Shown here: positions 38,749 through 48,537 of the stretch, one piece after another
How the letters are laid out: each line of letters opens with the position of its first letter
Numbering within the stretch: position 1 is the first letter of the stretch
Source: an uncultured virus (IMG/VR IMGVR_UViG_3300028840_004242)
Taxonomy: Duplodnaviria; Heunggongvirae; Uroviricota; Caudoviricetes
IMG/VR virus record: IMGVR_UViG_3300028840_004242
Location: 1-64,000 of that record
Length of the DNA: 64,000 nucleotides
Direction: 5' to 3' (one strand)
Made by a program: the position numbers and the translations under genes
Notes under the pieces: generated by a model
The model's database searches: none
What the model was told of the DNA's origin: nothing
The model's input: only the letters and a program-made list of their open reading frames with translations

Positions 38749-39464
38749 ATTACCTCTACTTTACTCACTTTCCCTTTCTTGCTGTTATGGAATGTCCTGT
38801 TGGCAGCTATATTGATGTCCTCTGCATGGCTGACCATTATGATTTGCAGTCCAAGTCGATCACAGACCATTTTGAGCATTTCGCTGACCTTATCCTGCCT
38901 GTCTGGGCTGACATTACGGAAAGGCTCATCAAGTATAAATGTTGGTCTATTCTTTTTGAGAGACCAGTAAGCAATTCTGAGAGCAAAGCTGGCGATATCT
39001 TTGACTCCTCCACCACTGCTATCTTTTGGACGTTGATCGACACCTTCCTCTCTGAAGAGCAAGTCACACTCTGTTCTGTTTCTTCGTATGGTAATTTTAA
39101 CGACAAACTCTGGCCAGTCTGGGTCAACGGCTTCAATGGCAGTAGTGACGAGAGAACTGATGTGGAACTCAAGTCTTTCTTGAGTCTTTTTAGCCACCTC
39201 CTGGATAATGGCGAGGGCACGAGCGCCATCTTCTATTTTCCTTTCTGTCTCTTCCTTCTTAACCTGTAACGAGTAATACTGCTGTCTGATGGATTCTTGA
39301 GCAGTTTTGAGTTCATGGTACTTTCTTTGAATTTCTGAAAATTTCTCAGTACTGAAGGGATATGCAACCGTTTTGTTCATACTGCTTTCATCTACAACTA
39401 GGGTTTTATTCCCAGTCGTAGTTAGCTTTGAGCTCCGAGTAATCTTTCTGGATTTCATTCTCAA
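38745..39464 (-). CDS. SbcC/Rad50-like ATPase, C-terminal half
   Basis: Signature SSGGG; Walker B FILDEP; IIMVSH. True start is probably downstream of 39464. Confidence 0.8.
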   Translation of the reverse strand: MRMKSRKITRSSKLTTTGNKTLVVDESSMNKTVAYPFSTEKFSEIQRKYHELKTAQESIRQQYYSLQVKKEETERKIEDGARALAIIQEVAKKTQERLEFHISSLVTTAIEAVDPDWPEFVVKITIRRNRTECDLLFREEGVDQRPKDSSGGGVKDIASFALRIAYWSLKKNRPTFILDEPFRNVSPDRQDKVSEMLKMVCDRLGLQIIMVSHAEDINIAANRTFHNSKKGKVSKVEVI

Positions 39465-39648
39465 TTTCCTCGAGTTCTGAAGTTAAGGTAACAATCTTAA
39501 TTTTAGCTTCATTATAGTCCTTAACGTCAAATTCTTCTTTAAGTGATTTATACATCTCCTCCAGTCTGCCTTCCTCCCTAGAGAGATTGCTCTTAGCCTC
39601 TTCTAAAGAGCTTCCTAGCTTCTCAAGGTCTTTCAGTATATCATCCAT
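39406..39648 (-). CDS. Small coiled-coil protein
   Basis: Heptad-rich 80-aa ORF between the SbcD-like and SbcC C-half genes. Confidence 0.6.
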   Translation of the reverse strand: MDDILKDLEKLGSSLEEAKSNLSREEGRLEEMYKSLKEEFDVKDYNEAKIKIVTLTSELEEIENEIQKDYSELKANYDWE

Positions 39649-40594
39649 CTGACAGGACTCCTTCTATTAACTTCCTCACACTCGGTTTAACACGGTGTGA
39701 TTTAAGGTATGAATCAATATTGTGTTTAAAATCTAGCCCTTCGATTTGGACGTCTTTGCGGACCCCTTCCACGAAGGCTTCCAGCTTTTCATTCCTTTCT
39801 TTTTCTTCCGCTGCTTGATCCACACGGAGAACCTCAGTGATGGGAGCCAATGGGTGTACTTCATGTTTTTCCACCGTCCTTCCTACTGTGTCGTAAATGT
39901 ATATGCAAGGTATGTGATGAATTTGATCTATGGTAGATCGCATTAGGCTACCACAATTAATGAGTACCCTATTGTTTGCCTTAATTAGGAAACTTCTATG
40001 GTTGTCACCTGTAACTATGAGGTCAAATTTAGTTCTTCTGAGTAAAAGTTCACCTTGTTCATAGTCAGTCTGTCCTGGCCATAGGGGGTCGCCTGATACC
40101 ACCATACGGTGTGTGACCCATACATGGAGCCCAGAGGCATCACAGGGCTCGGGTATGGCGGCATTCCAGCCTGAGCCGTAGAAGTGTACTCTATCTGCAA
40201 AGGTGCTAGGTCTTCCAAATTCTAAGATTGATTCTTCTTTTAGGATCCTTATTACACCCGCCGCAGCCAGCACCCCCATAGGTGTATCCCTCAAGTCGCT
40301 GGTATGGTAGCGCATGTCATGTTGACCAGGAACAGTGAGTACTTTTATACCATCATTAGATAGAACATTTTTCCATCTTTCTATCCAATCTGTTTTCATC
40401 CTGTCCCTGGCTTTGAAGCTGTCGAACATATCCCCAGGCTGTAGAATATATTTGCATCTATTCTGTACAGCCATTCCTATCATCCAGCTTATCTTGCGGT
40501 GCTGTGTAGCTGGATAATCGTCAATACGGTTCCTCGGGGTTTTGTCCGTAAGGTGCCAGTCACCCGTTATCAGTAGTTTCACATTCTTCTCCAA
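39641..40594 (-). CDS. SbcD/Mre11-like metallophosphoesterase nuclease
   Basis: GDWH, PGDMFD, PGQHD, TGDNH and NCGSLMR motifs. Confidence 0.88.
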   Translation of the reverse strand: MEKNVKLLITGDWHLTDKTPRNRIDDYPATQHRKISWMIGMAVQNRCKYILQPGDMFDSFKARDRMKTDWIERWKNVLSNDGIKVLTVPGQHDMRYHTSDLRDTPMGVLAAAGVIRILKEESILEFGRPSTFADRVHFYGSGWNAAIPEPCDASGLHVWVTHRMVVSGDPLWPGQTDYEQGELLLRRTKFDLIVTGDNHRSFLIKANNRVLINCGSLMRSTIDQIHHIPCIYIYDTVGRTVEKHEVHPLAPITEVLRVDQAAEEKERNEKLEAFVEGVRKDVQIEGLDFKHNIDSYLKSHRVKPSVRKLIEGVLSDG

Positions 40595-40814
40595 TTACAA
40601 TGCCTTTAGGTACAAATACCATCGACTGGCTGACGGTAACTTTTGTCATCAAGTGTCCTACACCAATAGCGATTATATTCTTATATAGAGTACCTTCAGG
40701 TATCTCCATCTTCTCCGTAACCTCTTCACCAGTAACTCCGCCTTCTGGCGGATGTGATACTTTATGAACTTCTTCCCATTTGTACATTACCAAGCCCTCC
40801 CACACAGCGGACAA
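40560..40814 (-). CDS. Hypothetical protein
   Basis: Fills the gap between the SbcC N-half and SbcD-like genes. Confidence 0.4.
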   Translation of the reverse strand: MSAVWEGLVMYKWEEVHKVSHPPEGGVTGEEVTEKMEIPEGTLYKNIIAIGVGHLMTKVTVSQSMVFVPKGIVIGEECETTDNG

Positions 40815-41857
40815 GCGTTTGTGCTTTTTAGCAAGCTGTCATATTTGGACTGTAAATTTCTTACGTGCTTATTTGCTGAATTCACGACGATTTCTGCTTC
40901 GTCTATACGCTTACATACACTTTTTAACTGCCTTATTTGCACCAAAAGCTGTTGCCTTCGTGTAACCTTCTGTGATAACTGCACATACTTATCCTCAACT
41001 GACAGCCACTCTTTGCCCCTCTCCACAGCTTTGCTGTAGTTGTCCACCTGCATTAATAAATAACTGAGTCTTCCTTTTTTGATCTTTATATTATCTCTTC
41101 TTTCGAGTTTCCACATCAGATTGATGTAGTGATCCTCAACTTTTAACCAATGGCTGTACTCTTTTATCTTATCTTCAACTGATCTTATGTTCTCAATCTT
41201 TTCATTAAGAATATATATTCTGTATTTAATCTTATCAGTCCTATTTATGTTCTCTTTTACTCTTAGTATTTTAGGACCAACTTCATCTATCCAGGCAAGT
41301 GACTCCAGGTCATTCTCTGCTTTAAATATATCTTCGTTGATTATCTTCAGCGCAAGGTTAGCTTTGGATACTATGCTGTTTACCTTACTCATACTTTCAT
41401 CTATTATGTCAAGCCCTACTGCCTCATTGAGCTTTCGGGCTACACTGCCTGGACTGTCAAGTATGAGAAAATAAGGATCGTCCTGCCCTTGAAGGTTAAC
41501 TTCATTCATCTGTGATGCTTCCAGTACTTCATCAGGCAAGTCAGATTTTATTGCTTTCAGTTCTTTTCCATTTACAAGGTAACTGTTTTCACTATCAGAC
41601 TTATTGCGGAAGATGGTAGCATCATTGAATTCTAATCCTGTTGTAGTTACGCTACCTTTGGGTGCGAAGTAGGAACGGAATCCTTCACCTAAAGGGCGGT
41701 TCTGGAGAGCCCAATTAAGAGCTCTCCAGATTGAGGATTTACCGCTATGCGAAGTGCCCTTTATGACATTAAGGCCTTTATCAAACTCTAGTACAGAGTG
41801 TTCGTGTCTTTGGTAGTATTTTATTTCAGCCGTCTCTAGCATTGTTTCATGATCCAT
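40787..41857 (-). CDS. SbcC/Rad50-like ATPase, N-terminal half ending in a zinc hook
   Basis: Walker A GTSHSGKS; Q-loop region NLQGQDDP; coiled coil; terminal CPLC. Confidence 0.85.
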   Translation of the reverse strand: MDHETMLETAEIKYYQRHEHSVLEFDKGLNVIKGTSHSGKSSIWRALNWALQNRPLGEGFRSYFAPKGSVTTTGLEFNDATIFRNKSDSENSYLVNGKELKAIKSDLPDEVLEASQMNEVNLQGQDDPYFLILDSPGSVARKLNEAVGLDIIDESMSKVNSIVSKANLALKIINEDIFKAENDLESLAWIDEVGPKILRVKENINRTDKIKYRIYILNEKIENIRSVEDKIKEYSHWLKVEDHYINLMWKLERRDNIKIKKGRLSYLLMQVDNYSKAVERGKEWLSVEDKYVQLSQKVTRRQQLLVQIRQLKSVCKRIDEAEIVVNSANKHVRNLQSKYDSLLKSTNACPLCGRAW

Positions 41858-42207
41858 TCAGGAGTTTGTTGTACATCTAAACATTCCCAATCGTCTCCTG
41901 CAAGGTTCTTGACATTATATACCAGTCTAGATCCAAAATCCATGGAGTAAATTTCGTTTACGTTATCAAGATTTACAAGTACTACATTGGATATGATTCC
42001 ACTGGCTTTTAATATGGGGTGAACTCTAGTTACCTTTATCCAGTTCATTGAGTAAGCAACCTCTCTGCCCAAATGGCCTTTTTAAGGATCCATTTTTCCT
42101 TAGTAGTTAGGTTAGTTTTGACACCACTTCTTATCTCCGCCAGCTTCCAACGGTATCGTTGTAAGTGACGACGAGCCATCTTCTTCAGGTGCCTTTCCTT
42201 CTTTTCC

Positions 42208-42714
42208 CTATTCACTCTTTTTATCATGATGTTCAAGAATCCTTCCTATAAAAACAGCTCTTTCGATGGCATTCTTTGCTATCAGCATAGGCTCCCAAAG
42301 TGCTCCTGTTGTTTCTCTTCTGAGGTTACTCGACATATTATTCATAAAACAATGTACAACTCTATCGAGCAAAAATTCTATATCTTTATTGCTCTTACCT
42401 ATGCTTTTCATCGCTAATTCCGAGTAGCCATGAAATATATAAAGGAACTCGTTTTGGGACTCCCTGGTAGTTTTTATATTATCAATCCATTTTCCTGCAT
42501 ATCTACAGTCCACACCCTTCCTTTTAAGAAAGTTGCTCACCTTACCTCTGGATTTTCGGGTGACTCTTATCACCGTATAGCTACCTTCATAAAAGAAGTG
42601 CCACCAATTATCTTCAGACAGCACCTCTTTCCATAGAGTATGAAGTATCTTTTCCTCATCTTCATTAAAGTTCCACAGTTTATATTCATATAATTTTTTA
42701 ATCAAAGCGAACAA
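42208..42714 (-). CDS. Hypothetical protein
   Basis: 168-aa ORF in a densely packed minus-strand operon. Confidence 0.55.
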   Translation of the reverse strand: MFALIKKLYEYKLWNFNEDEEKILHTLWKEVLSEDNWWHFFYEGSYTVIRVTRKSRGKVSNFLKRKGVDCRYAGKWIDNIKTTRESQNEFLYIFHGYSELAMKSIGKSNKDIEFLLDRVVHCFMNNMSSNLRRETTGALWEPMLIAKNAIERAVFIGRILEHHDKKSE

Positions 42715-42834
42715 TCCTCCTTGGTTTTTGTCTTTTAGGTTCCCAGGGTATAGTGTCTATTTCCCCTTTACGACAATTAACGTGGAGAGGTGTAACTGTC
42801 CAACCAGATACTGAGCAGTACTTTTCCCACTCTA

Positions 42835-43164
42835 TTAAGTTCTCTCTTTTGAACCGTTTACAGTGGCCGCAAAGGAATCTTCTTTGTTTTTCCACAGGTG
42901 AATTACCTCTCCCATCTTCTCTTTCAGTTCTTCCTTTTTCTTTAATATCTCTTCCTCAACAGTTTTGGTTTCCTCACACAAGCGCCAGGCTTCATCCACT
43001 TCCATTTTCATGTCAATCGCTGCTAAGGCAAGCACAAGAAGCTCATCAAAACTGCCTACTTTATTCAACACATAGTACATGTTTTTAGGTTTTTGTCCAA
43101 AAATGAATGACAGGCTGTTCACAACTTTCACAAACATATTCAGCGTTTCGACATCCTTAGTCAT
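42835..43164 (-). CDS. Hypothetical protein
   Basis: AGGAGGT RBS and upstream TGCTATAAT. Confidence 0.55.
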   Translation of the reverse strand: MTKDVETLNMFVKVVNSLSFIFGQKPKNMYYVLNKVGSFDELLVLALAAIDMKMEVDEAWRLCEETKTVEEEILKKKEELKEKMGEVIHLWKNKEDSFAATVNGSKERT

Positions 43165-43216
43165 AGGCTAACCTCCTGTATTTATTACATATTATAGCAC
43201 ACAGCCTTTGGCTTTT

Positions 43217-43753
43217 TTAGGGTTTCCGTTTAGCCCTTTTGATATTTCCTGTGGTAGTTTGTCTTTCCATCATGTCCTCCATTGCCATCCGTGCAAGGCA
43301 GTAAGCATCACACAGGTTATTATTCTCGAATTCTACACCCCACTTCTTAAAGCAATGGAGCAACATCAGTTCTTTCTTGCTACCCTTCTTCTTACCCTTA
43401 GTACCTATTACGAACTTCTTTAAGGATGTAGGGTTGATTATCTTGTATGGAAATAAGTGCTTTCTGGTTTCAATTATGATATAGTATAAGAGGCCTCCAT
43501 CGTATAGGGCTTGCTTTCGTGATTTGCCAACAAACTTGTCCTCAATATATACCATATGAGGCAAGTCAAATTGGTCAAGGAAGTAAAAGATTTCCTCACC
43601 TATATAGATGATTCTTTCTTCAGGCTTTTGTTTAGAGTTTGATTTTATTAAGGTTTCACCAAGTATAAATTCTTTATCAGTAAGTACAGACACACCTGTC
43701 TCAGTAAAGCTGAGGTCTAAGCCCACATAGTTCATCTTGCTAACTCCTTCCAC
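43217..43753 (-). CDS. ruvC: RuvC-like Holliday junction resolvase
   Basis: VGLDLSFTETG; VYIED; PTSLKKFV; NLCDAYCLA. Confidence 0.8.
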   Translation of the reverse strand: MEGVSKMNYVGLDLSFTETGVSVLTDKEFILGETLIKSNSKQKPEERIIYIGEEIFYFLDQFDLPHMVYIEDKFVGKSRKQALYDGGLLYYIIIETRKHLFPYKIINPTSLKKFVIGTKGKKKGSKKELMLLHCFKKWGVEFENNNLCDAYCLARMAMEDMMERQTTTGNIKRAKRKP

Positions 43754-44637
43754 GCTCTCAACCTGCTATTTTTCAACAAAGTAAACAACCCGTAGTCCTC
43801 ACATATGGAGAATATATTATCTAAATCAAAATTCTCTTCAAAGTCAAGCTGTGGTGTTTTAATACCTGGAAATGGTAGGTTTACAAGTAGGTCATTTCGT
43901 GTTATGAATTCTTCCGTTGCAAATTTAATGTCATGATAGAACTTACCAGGTTTAAGCTCTCCTTTTAACCAAGAAATGGCTCTCGCATTTCCTATACCTG
44001 GCAGTCCAGGTACTCCATCCCCAGGGCAACCTACTAGGATTTTAACCTGGACCCATTGCTCAGGTTCTATGTCATATTCATTATAGAAGTCTTGGTGAGT
44101 ATAGAACTTTTTAGTGTTGAGTCTCCACATCCTACAGTGGCTTAGCAGTTGGTAAAGATCATTATCACTACTCACTACTATATAATCAACATAGCAATCA
44201 TTTAGGACGATGTCTGCTATGATATCATCAGCTTCGTAACCTGTCTGTATGAACACATTTTTGAATCCCAGTGCAGGGAGTATGTTTTTCCTAAGTTGGT
44301 GCATCTGTTCAAAACAATGAGAGTATAATATTTGTTCTTCTTCTGTCCTTTCCACATTGTGCTTCTCTTTTTTGTAGTCAGGAAATACTTTCTCCTTACG
44401 GTAGCTTTTCCTGCTGTCCCAAGCAAACACGAACTTAGTGGTGTCAAACATATTTACAAAGGACAGAAGGCGATTAAGGAAGTGAAAAATAACACCAGTA
44501 TGGCGGTCCTCCCATTGAAGACCGCCAAAATGGTGCATAGCTTCATAGCAGATAGGATGGCAGTCAATGATGACTATCTTGCTTTTCGCTTGCGGTTGCG
44601 AGTATTCTTTTTGAACTTGTCCTCGATTTCCAGCCAT
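43732..44637 (-). CDS. 5'-3' exonuclease / RNase H (FEN family)
   Basis: FAWDS...YRKE..PDYK; GYEADDII; SSDNDLYQL; GDGVPGLPGIG. Confidence 0.9.
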   Translation of the reverse strand: MAGNRGQVQKEYSQPQAKSKIVIIDCHPICYEAMHHFGGLQWEDRHTGVIFHFLNRLLSFVNMFDTTKFVFAWDSRKSYRKEKVFPDYKKEKHNVERTEEEQILYSHCFEQMHQLRKNILPALGFKNVFIQTGYEADDIIADIVLNDCYVDYIVVSSDNDLYQLLSHCRMWRLNTKKFYTHQDFYNEYDIEPEQWVQVKILVGCPGDGVPGLPGIGNARAISWLKGELKPGKFYHDIKFATEEFITRNDLLVNLPFPGIKTPQLDFEENFDLDNIFSICEDYGLFTLLKNSRLRAWKELAR

Positions 44638-45650
44638 AAGTCAATTACCTGTTCCTTCAGCTTTTGTTCTAAATTGTGCTTCTCTACATATTGTATAGCA
44701 TAGTCCATGGCTTGGTAAGTTTGTCCGTCTCCACATTCATAAGTGCTGGCCTTTTTCATGTCCTTTTGCCATTGCAAGTTAGCCCTAATATCATCTATAC
44801 CATATCCAAAGATGATAGGAATATAGGCCTCCCTGTGAGGATCGTCCTTGCTATTCTTAATAACTGTGGCAATACTGTTAATGCCTATTACTTTAGGAAC
44901 CTTCGCACCACTTTCCAGTGTAACTTCTTTATCAATATGATGAGCACGGCCATATTTCTTTTTGTACATGGCTTGGATATAAATTCTAACTGAAGCCCAG
45001 AAAGGAATTCCCTTGCCGCCAGGTGTTTTAAGTCCCGTGTCTCCTTGCCGTACTTGATTGGTGCACACTAATGTTTTATACCCTCCTTGAGCCAACATAT
45101 TTCCTGTTTTCCTTAAGCCAGCACTAAAGTCCTTGGCTATCCTCATGCCCATTTTATCACCTTTCTCCATCTCGAGCTTAGAAGAAAGAGCTGCCAAGGA
45201 ATCACATCCATAAATGCTCACGGTTCCTTCGTTTGGTGGATTCCATTCTCTAATATCGTCAAATACTTCCTCCACCAAGCTAGGTCTCCAGTACTTGTCC
45301 TCAGGTAGGTTCACTCCATAAATCTCTGCGTATTCCCTGTCCAGTCGTGCCTCAGGATCTGCAAATCGAACTGTGCCTCCTGCTGCCTGAGAGCATCCAC
45401 ATATTTCAGCCAGAACTGCTGTCTTTCCCAGTTGTGCTTCGCCAAAGATCTCTACAATAAGACCTCCAGGAAGTCCACCTCCTCTTACTCTTCCACCAAA
45501 GATAGCAAGGTCAAGTAGTGTACTGCCTGTGCTGATAATTAGGTCTTTTGATTTAGGAGTGTCCTCTTTCTCCTCCTTTGCTTTAGTTGCTTGGGAGTAC
45601 TCCTCCGCTGCCTGCGAAGGAGTCCTTGCCCTTCTTATTATTCTAGCCAT
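44574..45650 (-). CDS. recA: RecA/UvsX-like recombinase
   Basis: ISTGSTLLDLAI; VEIFGEAQLGKT; DSLAAL; NQVR; TPGGKGIPFWASVR. Confidence 0.9.
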   Translation of the reverse strand: MARIIRRARTPSQAAEEYSQATKAKEEKEDTPKSKDLIISTGSTLLDLAIFGGRVRGGGLPGGLIVEIFGEAQLGKTAVLAEICGCSQAAGGTVRFADPEARLDREYAEIYGVNLPEDKYWRPSLVEEVFDDIREWNPPNEGTVSIYGCDSLAALSSKLEMEKGDKMGMRIAKDFSAGLRKTGNMLAQGGYKTLVCTNQVRQGDTGLKTPGGKGIPFWASVRIYIQAMYKKKYGRAHHIDKEVTLESGAKVPKVIGINSIATVIKNSKDDPHREAYIPIIFGYGIDDIRANLQWQKDMKKASTYECGDGQTYQAMDYAIQYVEKHNLEQKLKEQVIDLWLEIEDKFKKNTRNRKRKAR

Positions 45651-46756
45651 TACTTACCTCCTTTTTCCAACCTGTCTGCCTCTGCCGCACAATCATCCCA
45701 TACTTTGCAGTCGTCACATTCAGGTAGAGGTTTGTCTATGTCCTTGCCAAAAACACCGCCTGCTGGACATTTGTTTCCATTCTCTTCTTCCTCTTCAGGT
45801 TGTTCTTCTTGCTGAGGTTTCCGCACTCTCCTGCGTGTAGGTTGTTCCTCAGGTTCCTGCTGTTCTTCTTCCTCATCCGGCTGTCTTTCCTCAGTTTCAG
45901 GTTCTTCCTCTTCCTGTACTGGAGGCCGTCGTGTAGCCCGTGTAGCTTTTGGTTGTTCCTCTTCCTCTTCTGGACTGGTAGCAGGTATATCCTCTCCACC
46001 CCAATATTTACGTTTCAGTTCTTCATAGGTAAGAACTATTATACCTTGATCTAGGGAGATTGTGCTGTCCAACACTTCATCCGACACTTTATATTCCCTG
46101 TCTAGGAATTGATGTGCCATGTACTCAGTATTGAATTGTCCCTGTCCTTTTCGTTTGAAGTATACCTGTTTGCCTTCGTCAGGATCAGCGTAAGGGATAA
46201 ACCCTCCCCTCTTTGGCTTCTGTGAAAGCTCGGTCAAGTGACGTTCCATGAAGAAATGAGCAACGTCCCAAATCTGCACACCTTTTGACTCCTCCTCATG
46301 GCTGTCATAGCACACGATCTGGTAAATACTGCGGCGCTTAGGGTTCTTTTCGGATGTTTTTTCTTTAATCTCATCCTCAGTAAGATCGTCCCGCTTTCTA
46401 ATCTCATTTATGTGCTCACAGATAGGACAAGGCAGACCATAGTTACGAGCAGGACAGACTACACTATCCTCATTAGGTCCTACATTGTAGTGTACCCAAA
46501 GGTCAAGTACTATGGCAATGTCACCACTTTTGATGTCATAGCTCTTGGTCGGATAATTGTCGCCTGCAATCCAGGGTATGATGTCAATTTGGTGTTCTCC
46601 TTCTCCACACTTCCAAAACTCTTTGTTTCCAAGTTCACTTTTAGACTTGAAGAATGATCCATACCTACCACTTTCGTCCTTTTTGTCATAGCTCTCTTGG
46701 CTACGTTTTAGGAGATCCTGTTGTAGGGTTTTTCTGCTTCTGATTTTTGATACCAT
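45650..46756 (-). CDS. Single-stranded DNA-binding protein (T4 gp32-like)
   Basis: VHY...VVCP...CPICE zinc site; DPDEG; long acidic C-terminal tail; adjacent to recA. Confidence 0.7.
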   Translation of the reverse strand: MVSKIRSRKTLQQDLLKRSQESYDKKDESGRYGSFFKSKSELGNKEFWKCGEGEHQIDIIPWIAGDNYPTKSYDIKSGDIAIVLDLWVHYNVGPNEDSVVCPARNYGLPCPICEHINEIRKRDDLTEDEIKEKTSEKNPKRRSIYQIVCYDSHEEESKGVQIWDVAHFFMERHLTELSQKPKRGGFIPYADPDEGKQVYFKRKGQGQFNTEYMAHQFLDREYKVSDEVLDSTISLDQGIIVLTYEELKRKYWGGEDIPATSPEEEEEQPKATRATRRPPVQEEEEPETEERQPDEEEEQQEPEEQPTRRRVRKPQQEEQPEEEEENGNKCPAGGVFGKDIDKPLPECDDCKVWDDCAAEADRLEKGGK

Positions 46757-46901
46757 TTTTACCTCCTCTGTCAGATTGTTTTCTTACTTGTTGTTTACTT
46801 ATATGCCAAGCATATGATACGAGTCTTACCACCATATATATAAAGAATAATAGTAACAATATCACTATTATAGATCTTAAAGTATCAATCAATAGTTCCA
46901 T
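46701..46901 (-). CDS. Small membrane protein
   Basis: Single long hydrophobic segment. Confidence 0.4.
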   Translation of the reverse strand: MELLIDTLRSIIVILLLLFFIYMVVRLVSYAWHISKQQVRKQSDRGGKNGIKNQKQKNPTTGSPKT

Positions 46902-47388
46902 CTTCTTGCCTTCTCTTGAGTCGTGGATTATCAGCCACCTTTTCCCTTAGCTGCTCCCTTCTGTAATCGTCTACTGTGGTGTCAGTGGTAAAGTAGTCAG
47001 CTAAGAATAAACGAGTGAGATACTCAAGCGCCATTTTCTTATCTAACATGGCATAGCTCGCAGCCTGGAGAATATTTACATCATGCTCTGCATCAATAAA
47101 GTCTCTGTAGGCTTTTTGATACTCTTCGTTCTTCATCGCAGCGTTACGAACAAAAGTACTGCTGTTGGCCTGCTGTTTATTTAATCCATAGTCCTCATAG
47201 TTTTGAAGAATGAAATCCATAGCGTCTGCCAGTGCCAAGTCCATAAGGCGTTTCTTATTTGCCATATCCTTCCTAGCATCTGCTAAGTCTTTCCCAAAGT
47301 CAAAGCTCGACCTTGACTGTCTTTCCCACTCTTCGTCAAGGTTGTTCTTGTCAACATCTATTTCATCATATATCATTTCTGTTTCCAT
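46885..47388 (-). CDS. UvsY-like recombination mediator
   Basis: Helical protein (IDVDKNNLDEEWERQ...KKMALEYL) next to SSB and recA. Confidence 0.55.
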   Translation of the reverse strand: METEMIYDEIDVDKNNLDEEWERQSRSSFDFGKDLADARKDMANKKRLMDLALADAMDFILQNYEDYGLNKQQANSSTFVRNAAMKNEEYQKAYRDFIDAEHDVNILQAASYAMLDKKMALEYLTRLFLADYFTTDTTVDDYRREQLREKVADNPRLKRRQEDGTID

Positions 47389-47518
47389 TATCTTTCCAGT
47401 AAATTCTGTATACCTAATAAAATCATTAGAATTCCTAAAGGTAGGAAGATGCTTTTAAGGTGTAACCCAATAAGTATAATTCCAAAAACAAAGAATATCG
47501 TTGTAATTATTGATCTAA

Positions 47519-48457
47519 TCATAATTTACATGCCAAGTATAATGAATACACTATACCTGCCCTTTTTCCTGTGTTATAGTATGGTTCAATAAAAAGGCTG
47601 ATTATTTCAGCTAACCTATCGTCCTCATTTCTACCAACCAGCACTTTGCTTAAATAGTTTAGTATTCCTACCCGTGCGCTCTCCTGCTTATCGTCCTCAA
47701 TAGCCACTATATATGTTCTCATTTTAGCCCAACTTATACCATCTACTAAGCCTTGACATATTTGCTTCAGTGTGGCTTCTCCAATAATGCCTTCACGAAC
47801 CATCTTTAGAGCTTCCCTTGGCTTCTCTATGTAGCGCACCATGTCAAGGGTTTTCAGCGCCGCTCTACAACTGCCTTCACTCACTTTGGCAATTTCTTGC
47901 AGTACAGGATCAGGAAATTTAATTCCCTCCTTCTCACATACTATCTTTAACAACCCCACCACTTCGTGGCTTGCCAGTCTTTTAACTGTATAAATGTGGC
48001 AGCGATTACGGATGGTGTCGAGTAGCTTTTCAGGTTCGGTAGTGCAGAGGGCGAAGTAAGCAAAGCTGGGTGGTTTTTCAAGTAGTCTGAGCACAGCATT
48101 TTGAGCTTCATTAGTGAGTTTATGACACTCATCTAGTATGTAAAATTTAACCTTACCCCCCATAGGTCTTAACTTAGAGAGCATGTCAATCTCTCTCATC
48201 GTGTCAATACCCCTAGTGTTGGAAGTATTTAGGTATTGGAAGTCCCTATCATGACAGCCAAGGATGTCTTTGAGAATCATAGCAAGGGTTGTTTTACCAC
48301 ACCCACTAGGACCAGCGAAAAGGAAACTATGGTGTTTTATATCATCTTTAGTGTAAGACCTAAGCGTTTCTACCAGCGTTTTATTGCCTACGAAGTCGTC
48401 GAATGTCTTGGGTCTGTACTTTTCAGGTAGGCTTTCGTCTAATAGCATGTTGGACAT
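47519..48457 (-). CDS. Clamp loader subunit (DnaX/RFC-like AAA+)
   Basis: KYRPKTFDDFVGN; GPSGCGKTT; ILDECHKL; TIRNRC. Confidence 0.9.
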   Translation of the reverse strand: MSNMLLDESLPEKYRPKTFDDFVGNKTLVETLRSYTKDDIKHHSFLFAGPSGCGKTTLAMILKDILGCHDRDFQYLNTSNTRGIDTMREIDMLSKLRPMGGKVKFYILDECHKLTNEAQNAVLRLLEKPPSFAYFALCTTEPEKLLDTIRNRCHIYTVKRLASHEVVGLLKIVCEKEGIKFPDPVLQEIAKVSEGSCRAALKTLDMVRYIEKPREALKMVREGIIGEATLKQICQGLVDGISWAKMRTYIVAIEDDKQESARVGILNYLSKVLVGRNEDDRLAEIISLFIEPYYNTGKRAGIVYSLYLACKL

Positions 48458-48473
48458 AATATTTTCGCTTTCT

Positions 48474-48497
48474 TATTTGCTGAATTCTGCATGAACT
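48474..48497 (-). promoter_or_regulatory. Conserved intergenic motif, copy 3 (AGTTCATGCAGAATTCAGCAAATA on the - strand)
   Basis: 21/24 identical to copy 2; ends 17 nt upstream of the clamp loader ATG. Confidence 0.55.
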
Positions 48498-48537
48498 TCC
48501 TGTGCTTAATGCTACGCTATACTTAACATGTTTCCAC

